Source of the DNA: an uncultured Desulfobacteraceae bacterium
GTDB lineage: Bacteria > Desulfobacterota > Desulfobacteria > Desulfobacterales > JAABSP01
Assembly: GCA_964409085.1 (NCBI GenBank)
Contig: CAYPCE010000008.1
Location: forward strand, 1 to 47,561
DNA: 47,561 nucleotides
Direction of reading: 5' to 3'
The stretch's first letter is position 1; every line of letters starts with the position of its first letter. Below are positions 41,053 through 47,561 of this stretch, in pieces. A program made the position numbers and the translations under genes. The notes below the pieces were generated by a model. It was not told where the DNA came from. It ran no database searches and saw only the letters and a program-made list of their open reading frames with translations.

Positions 41053-42306
41053 TCATCCTTCGGCGCCCGTCAGCGGCACATCCGCCAGCGGCCCCGCCGC
41101 ATCGGACACCCGCAGGGGCATCCCCTCAACCGGCGCCGCGATGTCGGAGAGGATCAGCCGGTCGCCGGTTTGCAGGCCGTCCCGCAGCAGGACCGTGTCG
41201 GTGTCCCGCCAGAGGGTCTCCACCTTCCGGATCGAGAGGGTGTCGTCGGGGGCGGCGATCCAGACCCGCGCGCCATCCCGGAGGGCGGACCGGGGAATGC
41301 GGAAGACGTCGGTCAGCTCCCGGCCCTCGATCCCCACCTGGACGTATTCGCCGATGAGCAGGGGCGGCCGGTCGGATGCCGGGTCCGACAGGTCCAGGGG
41401 ATCGTCCACCGACACCAGCAGGCGGGCCATGCGACCTTCCGCTTCCAGATCGCTCAGGAGCTTGATGACGGTCCCGGTCCGCACCTGGGCGTCGGTCCCG
41501 TAGCGGATGGCGACCCCGGATCCTTCCTCCTCTGCGGTTCTCGGAATCCGGAGCCATCGGAGTCGGTCCACCGGCACCGAGACCTGGACCCAGTATTCAT
41601 CGGTTCCCACCAGCTCGGCCAGCCTTTCCTGGACCGCCACCTGGGAGCCCGTTTCCACATGCCGTTCCCGCACCACGGCGTTGAACGGGGCCGTGATCCG
41701 GGTCCGTTCCAGGTTGAGTTCCGCCCCTTTCAGCTCGGCTCTGGCCGCCGCCAGATCGGCCCGGGCCTTTTGCAAATGAGGCTTGCGCAGGGCCAGGTCG
41801 GCGTCGCCGGCGGATTTGTTCCCCTTCAGGAGTTCCCATTCCCGTTTGGCCACTGCTTGATGGCCCAGTTCCAGCTCTAACCGATAGGCCGCATCCGCCA
41901 CTTGGCTCTTTTTGCGGGCCAGGTCGAGTTCGTAATCGGTGGGGTCGATGCGGAGCACCTCCTCGCCGGCTTTGAGGAAGCCGCCGGGGGCGAATTCCGG
42001 GTGCATCCAGATGATTTCGCCCGACACCCGGGACTCCAGGGTCACCTCCCGGGCCGGCACCACCGTCCCCATGGCCCGGATCGAGACCGTCTCGTCCCCC
42101 TTCTGGAGCGGCATGACCTGAACCAGGGAGATCATTTTCCGGGGCGGTTTCCGCTGGGGTTTGGGGCCGCTGCTCTTTAGATAGGCGGAGCCCAGGAGGT
42201 CGATGCAGAGAATGGCGATGGGCAGCGCGATTTTGAGAATAAGGGTCTTTTTATTGGATGTCTTATTGGACCTCTGAGGATCTTCAGAGCGTTTTTCGTC
42301 GTTCAT
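41053..42306 (-). CDS. RND efflux periplasmic adaptor (membrane fusion protein, HlyD family)
   Basis: N-terminal TM anchor, then lipoyl/beta-barrel region motifs (VTLESRVSGEI; coiled-coil region ELDLARKKSQVADAAYRLE). Ends 7 nt before the RND start. Confidence 0.85.
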   Translation of the reverse strand: MNDEKRSEDPQRSNKTSNKKTLILKIALPIAILCIDLLGSAYLKSSGPKPQRKPPRKMISLVQVMPLQKGDETVSIRAMGTVVPAREVTLESRVSGEIIWMHPEFAPGGFLKAGEEVLRIDPTDYELDLARKKSQVADAAYRLELELGHQAVAKREWELLKGNKSAGDADLALRKPHLQKARADLAAARAELKGAELNLERTRITAPFNAVVRERHVETGSQVAVQERLAELVGTDEYWVQVSVPVDRLRWLRIPRTAEEEGSGVAIRYGTDAQVRTGTVIKLLSDLEAEGRMARLLVSVDDPLDLSDPASDRPPLLIGEYVQVGIEGRELTDVFRIPRSALRDGARVWIAAPDDTLSIRKVETLWRDTDTVLLRDGLQTGDRLILSDIAAPVEGMPLRVSDAAGPLADVPLTGAEG

Positions 42307-42357
42307 TGTGGCGCCTTGTTCATTGTACGATATGGGTCGATCTATGATTCAGTATGG

Positions 42358-42447
42358 GTGGACGGTGTGGACGAAGTGGACTGAGTGGACCGCCCGCATC
42401 ACCCCGTCCACCTCGTCCATTGTGTCCACACAGTCCACTTCGTCCAC
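42358..42447. repeat. GTGGAC 9-bp-periodic hexamer array in an inverted arrangement
   Basis: Four GTGGAC units at 42358, 42367, 42376 and 42385, then a 15-nt spacer, then five GTCCAC/GTCCAT units at 42406, 42415, 42424, 42433 and 42442. Arms 42367-42390 and 42424-42447 are reverse-complementary at 23 of 24 positions. The array fills the OMF-MFP intergenic region. Confidence 0.9.
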
Positions 42448-42453
42448 CCGATT

Positions 42454-43854
42454 TTACAAAGAAAAGCGGTCATTCACCCACGCCCCGCCCAGGGCCCGGT
42501 ACAGCCGGATGCGGTCCAAAAGCAGCTCGGTCCGCTGCACCACCAGATCCCGCTCCAGGCCCTGGAGCGTCAGCAACTGGGTCAGCACCGGCAGGTAATC
42601 GGACACCCCGTTCCGGTAGCGCTGGTTGGCCCGCTCCAGGCCATTGCTGGCCGCATCCCGCTGGGCCTCCAGGGCATGGATGTGGGCCCGGCGCTTCGTT
42701 TCGCTGACCAGGGCGTCCTCCACTTCCTTGACGGCGGTGTAGACCGTGCGGCGATAATCCCAGAACCGCTCGTCCGCCCTTGCCGCGGCTTCGTCCACCG
42801 CCGCGGCCCGGCGGCCGCCGTCCAGGACCGGCGCCGTGAGCCCCGCCGCCAGATTGAGGAGCCAGTTGTCGAAGATCCGGTCCAGGTCCGCGGCACTGTA
42901 CCGGGCGGTTCCCGTCAGGCGAACCGCCGGCAGCCGGTCGGCTTTGGCCGCCGACACGGCCCAGTCGGCCGATTCCAGCCGCAGGGCCGCGGCCCGGACG
43001 TCCGGCCGCCGCATCAGCAGGTCCGCCGGCAGCCCGGTGGCCGGAATCCCTTTGGGCACGGGCAGGGACCGCCGGGTGATGGTCGCACGCCAAGTGGGCG
43101 GTTTTCCCAGCAGCAGGGCCAGTTCGTGGAGCAGCAGTCTCTCCCGGGCCTCGGCCATGGGAATCCGGGACCGGATCCCCTCGACGGTCTGTCGCTGCTG
43201 GTAGACGTCCAGGGCGGAGACCATCCCCTTTTCAAAGCGGAGTTCCACCAGTTCCAGAAAGGTGCGGTTGGTCTCGAGCTGGGCCTCCAGCAGCCGTTTC
43301 TGGACCCGCTCGGAGATGATCCGGACCCACCGCTCCGACACCGAGGCGGCGAGGGTCATGCCCGCGATCCGCAAGTCCGCCAGGGAGGCCGAGGCGCTGA
43401 GCCGGGCCGCGGTCCGTTCCGACCGGACCCGCCCCCAGAGATCCACTTCGTAGGCGCTGACCAGGCCCATGGCGTAGTCTTCCACCGGTCCGGTGGTCGC
43501 GCCGGCGGCCGTCTCCGTCCGGCGGCGGCCCTGGTTCGTGGACCCTTCCACCGTCAAATCCGGGTAGAGGGCGGCGCCCACCTGGACCGCCAGGGCCCGG
43601 GCCTGCCGGAGCCGGGCCCAGGCCATCTTCAGATCGAAATTCTCGGCCAGGGCTTTGGCCACCAGCAGGTTGAGTTCGGGGTCGTCGAAGGTTCGCCACC
43701 ATTTGTCCGGCCGTTCCTCGCCGGTCGGCGGCATCGAAAACGCAGACGGCACTTCTCCTTCAGGAGCCGGTCTCGGATCCGGAGAAAAGGGCGTGCAGGA
43801 GGAAAACGCCAGCAGGCCGAGGGCGACAATGATGTGGAATCGATTCGGCTTCAT
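42454..43854 (-). CDS. Efflux outer-membrane factor lipoprotein (TolC/NodT/CzcC family)
   Basis: Lipobox (LLAFSSC), then OEP repeats. An internal start at ATG 43854 (MKPNRF...) is chosen; the upstream 43 codons lack signal character. Confidence 0.85.
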   Translation of the reverse strand: MKPNRFHIIVALGLLAFSSCTPFSPDPRPAPEGEVPSAFSMPPTGEERPDKWWRTFDDPELNLLVAKALAENFDLKMAWARLRQARALAVQVGAALYPDLTVEGSTNQGRRRTETAAGATTGPVEDYAMGLVSAYEVDLWGRVRSERTAARLSASASLADLRIAGMTLAASVSERWVRIISERVQKRLLEAQLETNRTFLELVELRFEKGMVSALDVYQQRQTVEGIRSRIPMAEARERLLLHELALLLGKPPTWRATITRRSLPVPKGIPATGLPADLLMRRPDVRAAALRLESADWAVSAAKADRLPAVRLTGTARYSAADLDRIFDNWLLNLAAGLTAPVLDGGRRAAAVDEAAARADERFWDYRRTVYTAVKEVEDALVSETKRRAHIHALEAQRDAASNGLERANQRYRNGVSDYLPVLTQLLTLQGLERDLVVQRTELLLDRIRLYRALGGAWVNDRFSL

Positions 43855-44089
43855 GCTTGTTTTTTTAATGCGTTTTCCCCTACAAAAGCAAGGAGAAAGA
43901 TAATACACGAAACCGGTCGCGCAATCCGCAGAAGGCACTGCGTCGGAACCAAAGCCGGCTGTTATGGCGACTCCGTTTTTCACACCGGGTTTCCCGCCGC
44001 GCGCGGCGACTTGATGTCGGCCGCTTCATACGGCGCCCTACAGGGCAGGCTTTGGGGAAGGATCGGTCATATCGACTTACCCGGTATGC

Positions 44090-44126
44090 AAAAAAGGGGC
44101 TTCCCGTGAAGGAAGGCCCCTTTTTT
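44090..44126 (-). terminator. Rho-independent (bidirectional) terminator hairpin
   Basis: AAAAAA, then GGGGCTTCC-cgtgaa-GGAAGGCCCC, then TTTTTT: a GC-rich 9-10-bp stem flanked by A6 and T6 runs, downstream of the SPFH gene. Confidence 0.65.
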
Positions 44127-44142
44127 AGACCGCTGAAGGCGT

Positions 44143-44176
44143 AAAAAAAGGGGCTGCCGGTCGGGCAGCCCCTTTG
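44143..44176 (-). terminator. Second rho-independent terminator hairpin (minus-strand orientation)
   Basis: AAAAAAA, then GGGGCTGCC-ggtcg-GGCAGCCCC. On the minus strand the hairpin is followed by a U7 run. Confidence 0.6.
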
Positions 44177-44374
44177 TCGCTCTTTATTTCAACCGACCAT
44201 GGCTATCCGCCCGCTCCGGTCCCTTGGGGGCCGAAATCGTTTTTGAGAGAATAATATTGTCTTGAGCGGGTGCTTCTTGGCATCATGGTGATTCCTCCTG
44301 TTTGACTGTGGGCTGCCTATCATTCTGGAATCGAAAAATCAAGCCCTCGGTTTCAGTTTTTTGTTTTACGAAAT

Positions 44375-44416
44375 GTGGACGAAGTGGACGGGGTGGACCC
44401 TGTGGACGGCGTGGAC
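44375..44416. repeat. Second GTGGAC 9-bp-periodic array (five direct units)
   Basis: GTGGAC at 44375, 44384, 44393, 44402 and 44411 with 3-nt spacers. The first two units (GTGGACGAAGTGGAC) are identical to the first array. Confidence 0.9.
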
Positions 44417-44515
44417 GGACGGCCGCGATCGCCGTTCGTTTTGCATCTCCACATGGATAAGCCCGCGGAGCGCTTTTGGGCGTCCCCGCGGGCGGTTCAG
44501 GTTGACGTTCATGGC

Positions 44516-45622
44516 CTACAGCAGATGGACGATCCGATCCGCCAGGCCCTTTTCCCCCAGGACCACCTGGAGCTGGCTCTTTTCGGCGATCTTCTCCAGG
44601 ACGTCCAGCTCCCGCAGCCGCATCAGGGTCGGGTTGTTCTCCAGGATCTTGGCCGTGTTGGCCTGGCTCCGCATGGACGCGGTCTCCTCCCGTCGGGTGA
44701 TCAGATCCGCGTCGGCCTTCTTCTTGGCCTCGATCACGCGGTTCATCAGGGTCTTCATCTCCCCCGGCAGAATCACGTCCCGGATGCCCAGGGCGATCAC
44801 GTCCAGGCCGAAGGCCGCAGCCCGCTTCCGGACGATGGCCTCCAGCTCGCCGGCCACCTTGTCCTTGTCGGACAGCAGGGCGTCCAGCTCGTGGCCGCCC
44901 ACCACCGCCCGGATGGCCAACTGGGCTTCCCGGTAGACCGCCTGCCGGCTGTCGTCCACGGTTTCGATGGACTTCCGGGGATCGGTCACCCGGCAGGTCG
45001 CCACGGCGTTCATCCGCAGGGTCACCTTGTCGGCGGTCATGATCTCCTGGCCGGAAACGTCCAGGACGGTCTCCCGCATATCGACCGGGTACAGCTTCAC
45101 CTTGCCGACGTTCTTCCAGAACAGGTACTGGCCCGGCCCCAGGGTGTCGACGTAAGCGCCGTCCTTGTAGAGCACGCCCACGAAGCCTTCCGCCACGAAT
45201 GCGGGGGTCAGATGGACGAACGCCCCCTCGGCGGCCTGTATGGCGTTGAAATCCTTGTGATCGAACCGGATCTCCCGGGCGTCCACGATCTCGTGCCGGA
45301 TGTCCCGGACCGTTTTCCAGATCGCGTGCTGCCCCGGACCCAGCACCCGGGCGAACCGGCCGTCCACCCAGACCAGGGCCCGCTCGTGGTCCTTCAGGTC
45401 CAGAACGATCGCCTCGCCCTTCAGAGCGCCGGCCCGGACGATGACGTCCAGATCCTCGTGGACCAGCCAGGGGGACCGCATGGAGACGGTATCCACCCGG
45501 ATCTTGTTGAAGGGATCGAAGAACCAGTACTTTCCGGCATTCAGAATCGTCTTGAATTCCCGATCCCGAAACAACAGGCCCTTTTCGTAGGACCGCACAT
45601 TCACTCTTCCGATGACAAACAT
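44516..45622 (-). CDS. SPFH/band-7 (stomatin/flotillin-like) domain protein with an N-terminal beta-rich extension
   Basis: SPFH core (VDMRETVLDVSGQEIMTADKVTLRMNAVATCRVTD...) followed by a coiled-coil region. The start is taken at M24 (ATG 45622, MFVIGRVNV...). Confidence 0.7.
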   Translation of the reverse strand: MFVIGRVNVRSYEKGLLFRDREFKTILNAGKYWFFDPFNKIRVDTVSMRSPWLVHEDLDVIVRAGALKGEAIVLDLKDHERALVWVDGRFARVLGPGQHAIWKTVRDIRHEIVDAREIRFDHKDFNAIQAAEGAFVHLTPAFVAEGFVGVLYKDGAYVDTLGPGQYLFWKNVGKVKLYPVDMRETVLDVSGQEIMTADKVTLRMNAVATCRVTDPRKSIETVDDSRQAVYREAQLAIRAVVGGHELDALLSDKDKVAGELEAIVRKRAAAFGLDVIALGIRDVILPGEMKTLMNRVIEAKKKADADLITRREETASMRSQANTAKILENNPTLMRLRELDVLEKIAEKSQLQVVLGEKGLADRIVHLL

Positions 45623-46009
45623 GATGCAGGTCTCCTTTCTTCCTGTTTCGGGATGGTGGAAGCCTTTGGGAAGCGGACGCGCCGGAACCATCCGCCCGGA
45701 CGCGGGGCATCGCTTGAGCCGTCGCCGCGCCGCCGGGCGTCTCCAGCCCGGCGGTTCGCCCGCCCGATCCGGTCGGAGCCGGAGTCAGGAAAGCGTTCCA
45801 CCGGGGCAAATCCGCTCCGGCGGCGGGGCAACGTCGGTATCCGCATGCCGCAGGGCGTCCGGCCGCGATGTGTTTCTCCGGGGTCGCCGACCGGCGCCGA
45901 TTCCTCGGCCTCCAATCAGGTCGCCCATCGAAACGCGCCCGGAGCGCCCGCCTCCCGCCGGCTAAGTCAAAAGAACCGTGTCAAACGGTCGAGGGGTTAA
46001 CAGCCCCTT

Positions 46010-46081
46010 GTTTTGGTGCGGGAGTCGAACCCGCTACACCTGTGTCCCTGCACAGTGCTCTACCCATTGAGCTAACCAAAC
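46010..46081 (-). tRNA. tRNA-like gene with a 6-nt anticodon loop and an A/U-rich acceptor stem; possible pseudo-tRNA or sequence error
   Basis: Minus-strand read: GTTTGGT-TA-GCTC-AATGGGTA-GAGC-A-CTGTG-CAGGGA-CACAG-GTGTA-GCGGG-TTCGACT-CCCGC-ACCAAAA-C. Canonical D-arm and T-arm (GGTTCGACTCC). Acceptor stem has 6 pairs with a G1·A72 mismatch. The anticodon loop is one nucleotide short and CCA is not encoded. An AGGGG-ctgttaa-CCCCT hairpin follows. Confidence 0.4.
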
Positions 46082-46404
46082 GGCTGCCGCCGATGTCTTC
46101 GTCAGAATCCATGTACGGTACACACCCGCCGGATTGCCGGATCCGAAATGATGTCCGGTTCCCGGTCAACGGCGAGGGCGCCGCTGGGTCCGACATCGTT
46201 GGCTGGCTTAGGTCTTACAAAGAGCGTGCCAGGGGTGGGGCGAATGAGAAGAAATTTCCTTATAATGTTGGTTTTTATTGCTTTTTGGCCGAAATAGGCG
46301 CAGCAGAGGAAAGATGAAGAAGTTGGGAAAGTTATAATTATTTATAAAGTTTTAGATAAATGGATGCGTTGTCTGAACCGCACAATGGCCATACCCATAA
46401 AAAT

Positions 46405-46995
46405 TCAAATTGTTATACCCTCAAACACCGTCTTGAGGTCTACGGTCAGCCCCGGTAAAGTGACGGATTCAATCTTATCCTTTTCCGCATAGGTTTTCGG
46501 CCGGCCATATCGATTGTCCTGACCCATCATGTGAACCGCAGCGATGCGATATTCAGGGTAGACTATCCAATACTCCTTAACCCCATTCCGCTCATATAGC
46601 GCCAATTTCTCGATGTGATCTTTGGGCGCCGTGGCAGGCGAAACGATTTCGATGATCCAGTCGGGCGCGCCTCGGCAACCGCGTTTGTCGAGCTTATCCG
46701 GATCGCATACGACCACAATGTCCGGCTGGACGACATCCTGAATTAATTCATCAGCTTCATCGGTTTGGGGCAGCCGTACATCAAACGGCGCGATAAATGC
46801 TTCACAGGGGTTTTCCTTCAGAAAACTGTAGACCTGAATGAACAGGTCGCCCAATATCCGTTGGTGATCGATGCCCGGTGCAGCACTCATGTCGTAAACA
46901 ACCCCGTCAATCAATTCCCATCGACCGTCATCCGTCCAGCTCAGGTAATCGCCGTAAGTTGCGCCCTCTTCCCTGGGCAGGGGCAGCGACGCCAT
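46405..46995 (-). CDS. Uma2-family (DUF820) PD-(D/E)XK putative endonuclease
   Basis: The pattern 'YLSWTDDGRWELIDGVVYDMSAAPGIDHQRILGDL' followed by EIVSP and a KDHIEK region matches the Uma2/DUF820 signature (ELIDG...; D..E..S). Both flanks are AT-rich. Confidence 0.65.
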   Translation of the reverse strand: MASLPLPREEGATYGDYLSWTDDGRWELIDGVVYDMSAAPGIDHQRILGDLFIQVYSFLKENPCEAFIAPFDVRLPQTDEADELIQDVVQPDIVVVCDPDKLDKRGCRGAPDWIIEIVSPATAPKDHIEKLALYERNGVKEYWIVYPEYRIAAVHMMGQDNRYGRPKTYAEKDKIESVTLPGLTVDLKTVFEGITI

Positions 46996-47127
46996 AATGG
47001 TCCCTCCTTTGCATCCGATGAAAGATATGCTATTACGGATACTAAAAAATTTTTACGGACGGCGTCAAGCGATTCCCGCCCGGCATTTGTCAATCCAAAC
47101 ATATTAAAAAAGTGGATCGTTGCTTCA

Positions 47128-47561
47128 ATGGCCCATACACCGCAATCCATCCTAAAAACCGTCTTCGGCTACGACGATTTCCGGCCCCTCCAGGCCGAGA
47201 TCATCGACAGCGTGCTCAACAAAAACGACGCCCTGGTCATCATGCCCACGGGCGGCGGGAAATCCATCTGTTACCAGATTCCGGCCCTGTTCTTCGACGG
47301 GCTGACGGTGGTGGTGTCACCGCTGATTTCGCTCATGAAGGATCAGGTGGATCAACTGCGCGAACTGGGCGCCCCGGCGATCTTCCTCAACAGCAGCCTG
47401 TCGCCGGAGGCCTACCGGGAGAATATGGCCCTGGTCCGGGAGAACAAGGCCCGTTTGCTCTACATCGCCCCGGAAACCCTGTTGAAGCCCACCGTACTGG
47501 GCCTGCTGGCCTCGGTCCGGCTCGACTGCCTCACCATCGACGAGGCCCACTGCATCTCGGA
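47128..47561 (+). CDS. recQ: ATP-dependent DNA helicase RecQ, N-terminal fragment; 3' end lies outside the window
   Basis: N-terminus (FGYDDFRPLQAEII), Walker A (MPTGGGKSICYQIPA) and a DEAH-box region (DEAHCIS) at the window edge. Confidence 0.85.
   Translation, partial: MAHTPQSILKTVFGYDDFRPLQAEIIDSVLNKNDALVIMPTGGGKSICYQIPALFFDGLTVVVSPLISLMKDQVDQLRELGAPAIFLNSSLSPEAYRENMALVRENKARLLYIAPETLLKPTVLGLLASVRLDCLTIDEAHCIS

Noticed and set aside
38829-41357. 842-aa plus-strand ORF antisense to the RND pump and adaptor genes
   Set aside because: Antisense artefact spanning two real minus-strand genes.
42358-42447. GTGGAC/GTCCAC array as clustered DnaA boxes / a replication origin
   Set aside because: Only one unit (GTGTCCACA) approaches TTATCCACA. 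There is no AT-rich unwinding element and no dnaA, dnaN or gidA neighbourhood. The array lies inside an efflux operon.
42385-44109. 574-aa plus-strand ORF and 44283-45809 508-aa minus-strand ORF overlapping the OMF and SPFH genes
   Set aside because: Low-complexity Arg/Gly/Pro translations. The opposite or alternate frames encode well-supported OMF and SPFH proteins.

Overview
This is a high-GC (~65%) chromosomal segment, probably from a deltaproteobacterium-like (Desulfobacterota-type) organism, and is dominated by signal transduction genes. I call about 40 genes. Antisense ORFs inside GC-rich genes were treated as artefacts, and several long ORF-track entries were trimmed to internal starts.

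Main content, in order:
- A run of hybrid histidine kinases and response regulators, including a five-gene translationally coupled cluster led by a periplasmic solute-binding protein (24907-32954, minus strand).
- A PAS-GGDEF-EAL c-di-GMP enzyme, and a REC-GGDEF regulator coupled to a GAF hybrid kinase.
- A membrane c-type cytochrome coupled to a PilZ protein.
- An unusual operon of a methyl-accepting chemotaxis protein (MCP), a 563-aa unknown protein, a small membrane class-I methyltransferase and a PaaI thioesterase (20888-24871).
- A CzcCBA-ordered RND efflux operon: outer-membrane factor (OMF), membrane-fusion adaptor (MFP), RND pump (37908-43854, minus strand).
- Housekeeping genes: O-methyltransferase, DHH phosphoesterase, SixA-like phosphatase, MltD-like lytic transglycosylase, enoyl-CoA hydratase, ADP-forming acetyl-CoA synthetase, CinA, MBL hydrolase, SH3b protein, M48 peptidase, GalT-like HIT enzyme, SPFH protein, and the 5' part of recQ.

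Non-genic signals:
- Two arrays of the hexamer GTGGAC repeated at a strict 9-bp period flank the OMF gene. The first forms a ~24-bp inverted repeat.
- Three low-GC islets: a PD-(D/E)XK Rpn-type putative transposase, an orphan DUF2283, and a Uma2 endonuclease next to a tRNA-like gene.
- A frameshifted remnant of a Reg_prop/SpoIIE sensor gene.
- Twin rho-independent terminators downstream of the SPFH gene.
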